DNA of 64,000 nt from Eubacteriales bacterium (GTDB taxonomy: Bacteria > Bacillota > Clostridia > Oscillospirales > QAKW01): the NCBI GenBank assembly GCA_045636365.1, contig JAZTXG010000013.1, positions 212,066 to 276,065 of the forward strand, given 5' to 3'. Numbering within the stretch: position 1 is the stretch's first letter; every line of letters starts with the position of its first letter. Both the position numbers and the translations under genes were made by a program. Positions 26,652 through 40,527 of this stretch are shown piece after piece. The notes beneath the pieces are model-generated. The model saw only the letters and a program-made list of their open reading frames with translations. It did not search any database and was not told the DNA's origin.

Positions 26652-27809
26652 ATGATTATCCAGACTTTAAATAAAATTGCAAAAATCGGTTTAGACGGAT
26701 TTGAAGGCAAATACGAAATCTGCGACACCTGTGATACCCCCGACGGCATTTTGGTTCGCAGCGCATCTCTGCACGAGATGGACTTCCCCGCTTCCCTGCT
26801 GGGCATCGCCCGCGCAGGCGCCGGTGTCAACAACATTCCTTTGGATGCTTGCGCTGAAAAAGGTATCGTTGTCTTCAACACTCCGGGTGCAAATGCAAAC
26901 GCTGTTAAAGAGCTTGCTATCACCGCTCTGTTACTCGCATCGAGAGACGTTGTCGGCGGTATTGAGTGGGCAAAGACTTTGACCGGCGATGATGTTGCAA
27001 AGCAGGTTGAAAAGGGCAAATCCCAGTTTGTAGGCCCTGAAATTATGGGCAAAAAACTTGGCATTATCGGTTTGGGTGCCATCGGTGTTTTGGTTGCCAA
27101 CGCTGCTCAACATCTCGGCATGAAGGTTTACGGGTACGACCCCTATATTTCCTTGCAATCCGCTTGGAATCTGAACCACCATGTGCAAAAGGCCGCAGAT
27201 ATCAATGAAATCTATGCTGAATGTGATTACATTTGCTTGCACGCTCCCTTAACCCCCGAAACCAAGCACAGCATCAATAAAGATACCATTGCGACTATGA
27301 AAGATGGCGTTCGCATCTTAAATCTTTCTCGCGCCGATCTGGTCTGCGATGAAGATATGGCTGAAGCTTTGGAAAGCGGTAAAGTGGCAAAATATGTCAC
27401 CGATTTCCCCAATGCAAACACCTTAAAGATGAAAAATGCAGTTCCCATCCCCCATCTCGGCGCTTCCACTCCCGAAAGTGAAGATAACTGCGCTGTTATG
27501 GCTGTCAAAGAATTGCGCGATTATCTGGAAAACGGCAACATCAACAACTCTGTGAACTATCCCGCCGTTTCTACTCCCTTCACATCCGTATTGCGTATCT
27601 GCATCTGCCATCGCAATATCCCCAATATGCTTTCCACTCTTTCGACCATTGTTTCCGCCGTTGGCGTAAACATTGAAAACTTGATCAATAAGTCCAAGGG
27701 TGACTATGCATACACCATGATCGATTGCGATACCGATGTCGCCGATCGTGTTATCGATGCTCTTTCCGCAGTTGACGGAGTGCTTCGCGTACGTTGCATT
27801 AAGAACTAA
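26652..27809 (+). CDS. serA: D-3-phosphoglycerate dehydrogenase (2-hydroxyacid dehydrogenase with C-terminal ACT-like domain)
   Basis: GIIGLGAIG NAD site; follows serC with a 2-nt gap. Confidence 0.85.
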   Translation: MIIQTLNKIAKIGLDGFEGKYEICDTCDTPDGILVRSASLHEMDFPASLLGIARAGAGVNNIPLDACAEKGIVVFNTPGANANAVKELAITALLLASRDVVGGIEWAKTLTGDDVAKQVEKGKSQFVGPEIMGKKLGIIGLGAIGVLVANAAQHLGMKVYGYDPYISLQSAWNLNHHVQKAADINEIYAECDYICLHAPLTPETKHSINKDTIATMKDGVRILNLSRADLVCDEDMAEALESGKVAKYVTDFPNANTLKMKNAVPIPHLGASTPESEDNCAVMAVKELRDYLENGNINNSVNYPAVSTPFTSVLRICICHRNIPNMLSTLSTIVSAVGVNIENLINKSKGDYAYTMIDCDTDVADRVIDALSAVDGVLRVRCIKN

Positions 27810-27816
27810 TTTAATA

Positions 27817-27861
27817 TAAAAAACAAACCGCTTTTGCATTTGCAAAAGCGGTTTATTTTTT
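27817..27861. terminator. Bidirectional rho-independent terminator between serA and dusB
   Basis: aaaccgcttttgca/tgcaaaagcggttt 14-bp stem with flanking A and T runs. Confidence 0.8.
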
Positions 27862-28809
27862 ATCGTTCAATACTCGGTTAATCAAAGAAACACAATCGGA
27901 TAAAGAGTTTATTCTCCCCGCATCCACTTTATATTGAGCAGCGCCTACGATTCCTTTCAAATACCAAAGCATATGCTTTCTAAATTCAACACACGCGCGT
28001 TCTTCGCCTTTATCCTCGATGGCGTAATTCAGATGCTGCAAGCAAATTTCAAATCGCTTTTCCAAAGTAAACGATGGAACCTCTTTACCTGCAAGCCCCT
28101 CTTTAATCTGAGTAAAAATATAAGGAGCGCCTAAAGCACCACGCGCCAAAGCAATTCCATCCGCACCGGTTTGTTCTAAAATCAATTTTGCAGTTTCAGA
28201 ATCAATAACATCGCCGTTGGCAACAACCGGAATGGAAACAGAATCCTTAATTTCCTTAATGACCGAATAATTTGCCTTACCGGAATAAAACTGTTCTCTC
28301 GTTCTGCCGTGAACTGTGATAAAGGATGCACCGGCATCCTCCATCCGTTTGGCAAAATCAGTAATATTAGGGTCAGGAAAATCGATTCCTACCCTCATTT
28401 TCACACTAACGGGACATTCACATCCGCCAATCGCGGATTCGACAAGTTTAGCGGCCAATTCCGGCTCACGCAGCAGCGCGCTACCATCCCCATTATTGAA
28501 AATCTTGGGCGCCGGACAGCCCATATTAAGGTCTATGCCGGCAGGACGGTATCGTTCGTAAATAAAAGCCGCAGCCGCCTTCATTGCATCGGGATCGCGG
28601 CCGAATAATTGAATCAAAATTGGTGCTTCATCGGTGGTATACCGCGCTAAAGCCTCTGTCTTTTCCGCGCCAAAGCTCAACGCTTTCGCGCTGATCATTT
28701 CAGAAACCGTATAATCCGCGCCCCAGTCTCTGCAAATCCGCCGAAATGCGCTATCACCGGGCCCGGCCATAGGAGCAAGCCCTATTTTATTTATCGGTGA
28801 AAATTCCAT
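27853..28809 (-). CDS. dusB: tRNA-dihydrouridine synthase B
   Basis: LAPMAGPGDSAFR, DLNMGCPAPK, VHGRTREQ Dus motifs. Confidence 0.85.
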   Translation of the reverse strand: MEFSPINKIGLAPMAGPGDSAFRRICRDWGADYTVSEMISAKALSFGAEKTEALARYTTDEAPILIQLFGRDPDAMKAAAAFIYERYRPAGIDLNMGCPAPKIFNNGDGSALLREPELAAKLVESAIGGCECPVSVKMRVGIDFPDPNITDFAKRMEDAGASFITVHGRTREQFYSGKANYSVIKEIKDSVSIPVVANGDVIDSETAKLILEQTGADGIALARGALGAPYIFTQIKEGLAGKEVPSFTLEKRFEICLQHLNYAIEDKGEERACVEFRKHMLWYLKGIVGAAQYKVDAGRINSLSDCVSLINRVLNDKK

Positions 28810-28820
28810 ATAAAACTCCT

Positions 28821-28857
28821 AAAAAAATCCCGATCGGCATTGCCGACCGGGATTTTA
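28821..28857 (-). terminator. Rho-independent terminator after rplL
   Basis: aatcccggtcggca/tgccgatcgggatt stem (1 mismatch) + U7 on the minus strand. Confidence 0.8.
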
Positions 28858-28869
28858 ATAAAAACGAAA

Positions 28870-29241
28870 TTACTTCAGCTCAACAGAAGCGCCGGCTTCG
28901 GTCAGCTTATTCTTAATCTCTTCAGCTTCATCCTTGGAAGCGCCTTCTTTGATAGCCTTGGGAGCGTTGTCAACCAGTTCCTTAGCTTCCTTCAGGCCCA
29001 GACCGGTGATTTCCTTAACAACCTTGATAACGTTGATCTTGGATGCACCAGCATCGGTCAGAACAACATCAAACTCGGTCTTCTCTTCAGCAGCGGCAGC
29101 GCCAGCGCCGGGAGCAGCAGCAATTGCAACAGGAGCAGCAGCGGAAACACCAAATTCTTCTTCGATAGCGTGAACCAGATCAGCCAGTTCCATAACGCTC
29201 AGGGTTTTGATTTCTTCAACGATATTCTTAATATCAGCCAT
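28870..29241 (-). CDS. rplL: 50S ribosomal protein L7/L12
   Basis: [23 protein letters not shown]...[12 protein letters not shown]...[17 protein letters not shown]. Confidence 0.95.
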   Translation of the reverse strand: MADIKNIVEEIKTLSVMELADLVHAIEEEFGVSAAAPVAIAAAPGAGAAAAEEKTEFDVVLTDAGASKINVIKVVKEITGLGLKEAKELVDNAPKAIKEGASKDEAEEIKNKLTEAGASVELK

Positions 29242-29278
29242 TTCTTTAATCCTCCAAAATAAAATTAAATTTTAAAAT

Positions 29279-29788
29279 TTACGCAGGGGTTGCTTCATTC
29301 TTTTGATCAACAACTGCCTGCAAAGCACGTGCCAGACCGGAAACATTTCCGTTGAGGGCATAGAGCAACATACAAAGCAAAGCTTCCTTGCTGGGCATGG
29401 TTGCCAATTTTTCAAGTTCTGCAACAGAAACAACTTTACCTTCTACAAAGCCACCCTTAATGGTGAAATAATCGTGTTCCTTGCTGAAATCATACAAAAC
29501 TTTAGCAGGAGCAACAACATCATCATTAGAGATTGCCAGAGCGGTATTGCCGTTCAGAACATCAGAAAGTTCTTCCAGACCAACTTCCTTGGCAGCAAAA
29601 CGAGTAAGAGTGTTTTTAACAACGCCGTATTCAACGCCGGCTTCTCTCAGCTTGCCGCGAAGAGCAGTATCGTCTGCAACGTTGATGCCGCTGTAGTCTA
29701 CGAGTACACCGGTAACAGCGTTCTGAAGTTTCTCTTTCAGTTCAGCAACGACAGCCTGTTTCTGCGCAATGATTTTCTCATTTGCCAT
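29279..29788 (-). CDS. rplJ: 50S ribosomal protein L10
   Basis: Sequence and position upstream of rplL. Confidence 0.95.
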   Translation of the reverse strand: MANEKIIAQKQAVVAELKEKLQNAVTGVLVDYSGINVADDTALRGKLREAGVEYGVVKNTLTRFAAKEVGLEELSDVLNGNTALAISNDDVVAPAKVLYDFSKEHDYFTIKGGFVEGKVVSVAELEKLATMPSKEALLCMLLYALNGNVSGLARALQAVVDQKNEATPA

Positions 29789-29939
29789 GAATCGAATTAC
29801 CTCCGTTAGAATTTCAAAAAAATGCTCCCAAACACGCAGACCGGCTTGGGAGCATAGATATCCTAAGATATAAAAGCACTCCTCGGCGGGATATTAAGCC
29901 AATAAATGGCACCAGCTGTCTGCGAAGCATTTATTTTGC
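29789..29939 (-). promoter_or_regulatory. Ribosomal protein L10 leader (autoregulatory attenuator)
   Basis: About 150-nt 5' UTR between the promoter and rplJ containing atgctcccaagccggtctgcgtgtttgggagcat + U7 attenuator hairpin (29814-29856). Confidence 0.65.
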
Positions 29940-29945
29940 CTATCA

Positions 29946-29974
29946 ATAATATCACATAGCGATACTATTGTCAA
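29946..29974 (-). promoter_or_regulatory. Sigma-70-type promoter for rplJ-rplL
   Basis: Minus strand TTGACA-17 nt-TATTAT with TGn. Confidence 0.65.
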
Positions 29975-29980
29975 GCATTT

Positions 29981-30673
29981 TTACATAAATTTAGCCTGGT
30001 TAATCTTAACACCGGGGCCCATGGTAGAAGCAACAGTGCAGCTTCTGACATATTGGCCTTTAGCAGCGGCAGGCTTTGCTTTGATGATCGCGCCCATCAA
30101 AGTGTTGAAGTTCTCGGCAAGCTTTTCCTTACCAAAGGAAACTTTACCGACAGGGCAGTGAATAATGTTGGTTTTATCCAAACGATATTCAATCTTACCG
30201 GCTTTGATTTCTGCAATTGCCTTAGCAACGTCCATAGTAACGGTACCGGCCTTGGGGTTCGGCATCAAGCCCTTAGGACCAAGCACACGACCCAAACGAC
30301 CGACAACACCCATCATATCGGGGGTTGCGACAACAACATCATATTCAAACCAGTTCTCATTTTGAATCTTAGGAATGAGTTCCTCGCCACCAACGAAATC
30401 AGCACCGGCAGCCTGAGCTTCATCTGCTTTCGCATCCTTAGCAAAGACAAGAACGCGAGTGGTTTTACCAGTACCATGGGGCAATACAACTGCACCACGA
30501 ACCTGCTGATCAGCATGACGGGAATCAACACCCAATTTCACATGCACTTCAACAGTCTCATCAAACTTTGCGCGTGCAGCCTTGGTAACAGCTTCCATAG
30601 CTTCTTCAACGTCATACAACTTGGTAGCGTCGATCAGCTTGGTGCTTTCAATATAAGACTTTCCTCTTTTCAC
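29981..30673 (-). CDS. rplA: 50S ribosomal protein L1
   Basis: [10 protein letters not shown]...[23 protein letters not shown]. Confidence 0.95.
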   Translation of the reverse strand: MKRGKSYIESTKLIDATKLYDVEEAMEAVTKAARAKFDETVEVHVKLGVDSRHADQQVRGAVVLPHGTGKTTRVLVFAKDAKADEAQAAGADFVGGEELIPKIQNENWFEYDVVVATPDMMGVVGRLGRVLGPKGLMPNPKAGTVTMDVAKAIAEIKAGKIEYRLDKTNIIHCPVGKVSFGKEKLAENFNTLMGAIIKAKPAAAKGQYVRSCTVASTMGPGVKINQAKFM

Positions 30674-30728
30674 CTAAATAATCCTCCTTTGTGGTATTAC
30701 GGAATATTCCTCCCACAGAATTTAGAGC

Positions 30729-31154
30729 TTACTCTTCGACAGTAACGCCCATGCTTCTCGCAGTACCTGCGATCATGCTCATTGCAGCTTCGATATCAAC
30801 TGCATTCAGATCGGGCATCTTCTGCTCAGCGATCTTTTTGACCTGCTCCTTGGTAAGAGAAGCAACCTTAGTCTTGTTGGGGACGCCGGAGCCGCTCTCA
30901 ATACCGGCAGCCTTCTTAATAAGAACTGCTGCAGGCGGAGACTTGGTAACAAAAGTGAAAGAATGATCCGCATAAACGGTGATAACAACCGGAATAATGT
31001 ATCCGATATCATTCTTTGTTCTCTCGTTGAATTCCTTTGCAAACGCCATGATGTTGACGCCATGCTGACCCAGCGCAGGACCAACCGGGGGCGCCGGTGT
31101 TGCCTTACCTGCCGGAATCTGAAGTTTAATGAACCCTGTTACTTTTTGAGCCAT
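30729..31154 (-). CDS. rplK: 50S ribosomal protein L11
   Basis: [36 protein letters not shown]; start trimmed from the ORF-track M at 31223; GGAGG RBS. Confidence 0.95.
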   Translation of the reverse strand: MAQKVTGFIKLQIPAGKATPAPPVGPALGQHGVNIMAFAKEFNERTKNDIGYIIPVVITVYADHSFTFVTKSPPAAVLIKKAAGIESGSGVPNKTKVASLTKEQVKKIAEQKMPDLNAVDIEAAMSMIAGTARSMGVTVEE

Positions 31155-31256
31155 TTTCAAACACCTCCCTCGTGTTTCAATGTGGTAATATAGCGGAAAG
31201 ATTAAAAAGTACTCTCCTCCCACTCGTGATAACGCATCAAACGATGCGAATCAGCC

Positions 31257-31778
31257 TTACTCTACGGGTGCAACCTGCTCGAAGGAAACTTCCACCGAAG
31301 TCTCTCTACCGAACATGGAAACAACCACTTTCAACTTGGAAGACTCGGGATATACCTCGTCTACCACGCCAACAAAACCGCTCATATTCGAAGCAACAAA
31401 ACGTACCGAATCGCCCTTCTTATAATCGGTATGAACCACCCGCTTCTCTACACCGAGCTTTTCAATCTCGGCCTGAGTAAGAGGCAGCGGTTCGGATGTG
31501 GAACCAACAAAACCGGTAACACCCTGAATATTGCGGACAATATACCAAGTTTCATCGGTCATAATCATCTTAACCAATACATAACCGGGGAAAACTTTAC
31601 GTTCGTATTCCTTCTGACCTTTTTCAGTCGTTTCGACAACGGTTTCAGTGGGAACAGAGATATCTTGAATAACCTCTTCCAGCTTGCGATTTTCAATGAT
31701 TCTGCGCAAGTTGGTCGCTACTTTATTCTCATAAGCCGAATAAGTATGAATCGCATACCATTTTGCTGTTTCAGCCAT
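31257..31778 (-). CDS. nusG: Transcription termination/antitermination factor NusG
   Basis: KWYAIHTYSAYENKV NGN domain + C-terminal KOW. Confidence 0.95.
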   Translation of the reverse strand: MAETAKWYAIHTYSAYENKVATNLRRIIENRKLEEVIQDISVPTETVVETTEKGQKEYERKVFPGYVLVKMIMTDETWYIVRNIQGVTGFVGSTSEPLPLTQAEIEKLGVEKRVVHTDYKKGDSVRFVASNMSGFVGVVDEVYPESSKLKVVVSMFGRETSVEVSFEQVAPVE

Positions 31779-31809
31779 AATACACCTGTTCCTTTCCTAA
31801 TAAACTAAA

Positions 31810-32046
31810 TCAGGCAAACAAACCGCCCAACCAACTGATCAGCGCTTGAATCCCTGTGAAGAAAAGCCAATCGAACAACCAGATCAATGCGCCCACGACC
31901 AGAACACATACGAGAACTACGATTGTATTATTGACCACTTGCTTAAATGTGGGCCAAATAATTCTTTTGGTCATCTCAATGCGAACTTCGCGGAACCAAC
32001 CAACGATTCTGGAAAAGACGGACTTTTTCTTTGCTTTTTCAGCCAT
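31810..32046 (-). CDS. secE: Preprotein translocase subunit SecE
   Basis: 78 aa, single C-terminal TM, canonical position before nusG. Confidence 0.85.
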   Translation of the reverse strand: MAEKAKKKSVFSRIVGWFREVRIEMTKRIIWPTFKQVVNNTIVVLVCVLVVGALIWLFDWLFFTGIQALISWLGGLFA

Positions 32047-32075
32047 GCTTTCGTCCTCCTTGTAAATTTGGAAAC

Positions 32076-32225
32076 TTACTTGGTTTCTCTATGCAAAGTG
32101 TGCTTTTTGCAGAACTTGCAATACTTGTTCATTTCCAGTCTGTCGGGGTCATTCTTCTTGTTTTTCATTGTGTCGTAATTTCTTTGTTTGCACTCTGTGC
32201 AAGCCAGCGTAATCTTGACTCTCAT
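32076..32225 (-). CDS. rpmG: 50S ribosomal protein L33 (49 aa; below the ORF-track size cutoff)
   Basis: Hand translation [49 protein letters not shown]; CxxC...CxxC zinc ribbon; GGAGGTG RBS. Confidence 0.9.
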   Translation of the reverse strand: MRVKITLACTECKQRNYDTMKNKKNDPDRLEMNKYCKFCKKHTLHRETK

Positions 32226-32318
32226 TTTGCGGCACCTCCTGTTAATTTGGCCTCCCTGCGTTCATATTGGGACCTATTTTTTTGCACAAAAAAATAAGCC
32301 CTACGGCAGGTATAAAGC

Positions 32319-32347
32319 ATTATAGCATATGAAATCGTCATAGTCAA
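32319..32347 (-). promoter_or_regulatory. Sigma-70-type promoter for rpmG-secE-nusG
   Basis: Minus strand TTGACT-17 nt-TATAAT. Confidence 0.65.
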
Positions 32348-32354
32348 GCATTTT

Positions 32355-32400
32355 TTTAAAAAAACAGAGCGGATAAAAATCCACTATTTTATCCGCTCTG
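32355..32400 (-). terminator. Rho-independent terminator after gatB
   Basis: cagagcggataaaa/ttttatccgctctg 14-bp stem + U7. Confidence 0.8.
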
Positions 32401-32406
32401 TTTGGA

Positions 32407-37279
<4,873 letters not shown>

Positions 37280-37903
37280 TTACACCCTACAATATGGATT
37301 ATTTATTTTTTCATAGGCAAGTGTTGTCGATTCGCCATGCCCCGGATAACATATAAGATCACTTTCCAAAGTAAACAACCGATTACGAATAGATTCAATT
37401 TCAAGGGCAAAGTTTCCATATGGCGGAAACTCATTGCCGACCGAATTAAAAAACAATGTGTCTCCTGTAAAAAGATTCTCCCCGATGCGAAAACACACCG
37501 AACCCGGTGTATGCCCCGGTGTGTGAATGACATCAAAGTTCAAAGAGTCAAATTTCAATCGCTCATTATCCTTAAACGCGATTGCCGCTGATTTTAAAAC
37601 AACGGGAATTCTATAAATCTGCGGCGATAAATTAAGACGCGCATTATAGAGAAACTCCACATCGTTTTCGTGGACATAGAGCGGGCATTGATATTGTTCA
37701 ATCACCCGATCCGCACCTTCAATATGGTCAATATGCCCATGGGTCAGCAACACCGCCTTGATTTTTAGCCCCTTAGCCGCTGCAAGTTCGAGTATTTCAG
37801 AGCCATCTCCGCCGCAATCTATTAAAACAGCAGAGCCATCTTCTTCAATCAAGTAACCATTGGATTGCAACCGACCGCATTGAATTTGATGAATCAGCAT
37901 CAA
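37280..37903 (-). CDS. MBL-fold metallo-hydrolase
   Basis: LLTHGHIDHIEG HxHxDH motif. Confidence 0.75.
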   Translation of the reverse strand: MMLIHQIQCGRLQSNGYLIEEDGSAVLIDCGGDGSEILELAAAKGLKIKAVLLTHGHIDHIEGADRVIEQYQCPLYVHENDVEFLYNARLNLSPQIYRIPVVLKSAAIAFKDNERLKFDSLNFDVIHTPGHTPGSVCFRIGENLFTGDTLFFNSVGNEFPPYGNFALEIESIRNRLFTLESDLICYPGHGESTTLAYEKINNPYCRV

Positions 37904-38346
37904 AGCACCTCGCTATCGATAATGATATTAATCGGGCCATCATGCAAGGCCTGAATTTTCATATCACCGCCAAAAACACCGCCTTGAACCCGAACACCAA
38001 ACTCTTTTAAACGATTCAATGCATAGTCGTAGAGTTTTTGAGCCGGTTCGAACTTCATACTCTTCTCAAAGGATGGGCGAAATCCTTTATGGACATCGCC
38101 ATAGAGGGTAAAATTTGAAATAAAAAGCATCTCTCCGCCCACATCGGCGAGCGAACAGTTCAGCTTGCCCTCCGCATCTTCCATAACGCGCAGACCCGCA
38201 ACCTTTTTCAACGCCTTTTCAATGCTTTCGGGAGTGTCTTCCGAAGAAAAGCCGCAAAATACCACCATTCCGCGTCCGATTTCAGAAATCAATTCTCCGT
38301 CGACCTTCAATGTGGCATTTTTAACTACCGAACAAATAGCTCTCAT
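37900..38346 (-). CDS. dtd: D-aminoacyl-tRNA deacylase
   Basis: 148 aa; MRAICSVVKNATLKVDG...NFTLYGD...GPINIIIDS; follows relA as in Bacillus. Confidence 0.9.
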   Translation of the reverse strand: MRAICSVVKNATLKVDGELISEIGRGMVVFCGFSSEDTPESIEKALKKVAGLRVMEDAEGKLNCSLADVGGEMLFISNFTLYGDVHKGFRPSFEKSMKFEPAQKLYDYALNRLKEFGVRVQGGVFGGDMKIQALHDGPINIIIDSEVL

Positions 38347-38358
38347 TAAATACCTCGT

Positions 38359-40527
38359 TTATAAATTTGCTCTTTGAATATCCAAAACATTCGAATCCTT
38401 GCGAATTCGCGAAACAATGAAATTAAGATGATCCAAACTCTTAACATCGATTGTAATGGTTATGAACGATGTATCATCGCTCTCTTCTCTTGTGGAGATG
38501 CCCCGAATATTCACCTTAAGATCCGCCAAAATCCTTGTCAGATTTGCCATAACACCGATACCGTTATTAACATGGAGCACCAACGTGGTCGAAAAACTAT
38601 CACTCTCAGCGGCATCCCATGTGGCTTTCAACCAACGATCCGGCTCTTCTCCCATCCCTCGGCGCGCATTCGGGCAATCCGTTTTATGAATCGAAACCCC
38701 GTAACCTTTGGTTATAAATCCACAAATATAATCGCCCGGCAAGGGATTGCAACACTTGGCAAATTTGATCAGGCAATTATCAATTCCTTCGACCTCAACA
38801 CCGCTCGCATGTGCCTTGGGTTTATTTCCGCTGACAATCTTAACCGGTTTGTTCTCTTTCTCCAGCTGATCGCAATAATCGCGAATTCGCCGTTCCACCT
38901 TAGCAACAGTCACGCCTCCATAGCCAATCGCCGCATACATATCATCGGCAGAATTAAAGTGAAGGTGAAGCGCTATATTTTGCATAATAGAATCGCGCTC
39001 TTCTTTAGGCAATCGAATACCGCTGCGACGCAACGCTTTTTCCAAATCATCGCAACCGGTTTCAATGTTTTCTTCCCTACGCTCATTTTTGATCCAATGG
39101 CGAATCTTTTGCTTGGCCTCACTGGTTTTGACAATCTTAAGCCAATCCCTCGAAGGACCATGCGTTTCAGAAGAAGTTGTCAGGATTTCGATAATCTCAC
39201 CATTTTGAGGCTGATATTCCAACCCGACAATCTTCCCGTTGACCTTGGCTCCGACCATTTTGTTACCGACGGCGCTATGGATCGCATAAGCAAAGTCAAT
39301 AACGGTTGCACCTGCAGGCAGATTGACAACATCTCCGCGCGGAGTAAACAAAAAGACCTCATCGTCAAACAAGTCGATTTTTAATGCTTTGATAAAATCT
39401 TCGGTGTCCGAAACATCCTCTTGTGTTTCAAGAATATTACGAACCCATTTTAATTTATCATCCAACGATGCCTTGCTGTTCTGAACACCGCCCTTATATT
39501 TCCAATGCGCCGCGATACCGTATTCAGCGGTATTGTGCATATCCCAAGTACGAATCTGCACCTCAAAAGGCACCCCTTCTTTTCCGATAACGGTTGTATG
39601 AAGGGATTGATACATATTGGGTTTCGGAGTAGAGATATAATCCTTAAATCTTCCCGGAATGGGATTATAGAGATCGTGGATCACTCCAAGTAAATAATAA
39701 CAATCATTTACGGTGTTCACAATCAATCGAAAAGCATAAATGTCATACAGTTCTTCAAATGTTTTATTTTGCGTAAACAATTTACGATAGATGCTGAAGG
39801 TATGTTTGACACGATATGTCAGTTCAAAGGGAATATCATACGCCTTTAATTTTTCGCAAATGTTCTTTTTGGTATTTTCGACAAAATCATGACCATTGAT
39901 CTCAAACTCCTTCAATCGATCATGAATCATTTTACAGCCATCAGGATCAAGATACGATACCGAAATGTCTTCCATTTCCTGCTTGACGCGCTGCATACCC
40001 AATCGATGAGCAAGCGGCGCATAGATTTCCAATGTCTCGTGGGCTGTGTTCAACTGCTTCTCGCGCGGTCTAGCACCAAGGGTCCGCACATTGTGCAGAC
40101 GATCCGCCAGCTTAATCAAAATCACTCGAATATCCTTAGCCATCGCCAAGAACATCTTTCTGAGATATTCGACCTGCGCTTCTTCTTTGGTTGTATATTG
40201 AATTTGACCCAACTTTGTAACGCCATCGACAAGATTAGCGCACTCCAAACCGAACTCTTTTTTCACATCGTCAAAGGTCAGATCGGTATCTTCAATCGTA
40301 TCGTGCAAAAATGCAGCGCAAATCGAATCGGTATCCAAACCAAATTCATACACTAATTTTGCCACCTCGATCGGATGGCAAACATAAGCCTCTCCGGAGC
40401 TTCTGCGTTGACCTTCGTGGCAAGACTTGGCTCGTTGATATGCTGCACGGATCTTATCAATATCTATTTTTTTGTCATTCATCAACAATGATGAAAAATC
40501 TTCAAACAATTTGTCTTCTAAACACAC
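38359..40527 (-). CDS. relA: Bifunctional (p)ppGpp synthetase/hydrolase
   Basis: HD domain (HPIEVA...LHDTIEDT), synthetase YQSLHTTV, TGS and ACT domains. Confidence 0.9.
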   Translation of the reverse strand: MCLEDKLFEDFSSLLMNDKKIDIDKIRAAYQRAKSCHEGQRRSSGEAYVCHPIEVAKLVYEFGLDTDSICAAFLHDTIEDTDLTFDDVKKEFGLECANLVDGVTKLGQIQYTTKEEAQVEYLRKMFLAMAKDIRVILIKLADRLHNVRTLGARPREKQLNTAHETLEIYAPLAHRLGMQRVKQEMEDISVSYLDPDGCKMIHDRLKEFEINGHDFVENTKKNICEKLKAYDIPFELTYRVKHTFSIYRKLFTQNKTFEELYDIYAFRLIVNTVNDCYYLLGVIHDLYNPIPGRFKDYISTPKPNMYQSLHTTVIGKEGVPFEVQIRTWDMHNTAEYGIAAHWKYKGGVQNSKASLDDKLKWVRNILETQEDVSDTEDFIKALKIDLFDDEVFLFTPRGDVVNLPAGATVIDFAYAIHSAVGNKMVGAKVNGKIVGLEYQPQNGEIIEILTTSSETHGPSRDWLKIVKTSEAKQKIRHWIKNERREENIETGCDDLEKALRRSGIRLPKEERDSIMQNIALHLHFNSADDMYAAIGYGGVTVAKVERRIRDYCDQLEKENKPVKIVSGNKPKAHASGVEVEGIDNCLIKFAKCCNPLPGDYICGFITKGYGVSIHKTDCPNARRGMGEEPDRWLKATWDAAESDSFSTTLVLHVNNGIGVMANLTRILADLKVNIRGISTREESDDTSFITITIDVKSLDHLNFIVSRIRKDSNVLDIQRANL

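Noticed and set aside
32276-32300. Perfect A/T inverted repeat tatttttttg-ca-caaaaaaata in the rpmG leader, considered as a regulatory hairpin
   Set aside because: The stem is almost pure A-U with very low stability, and I know of no matching leader motif. It is noted only.
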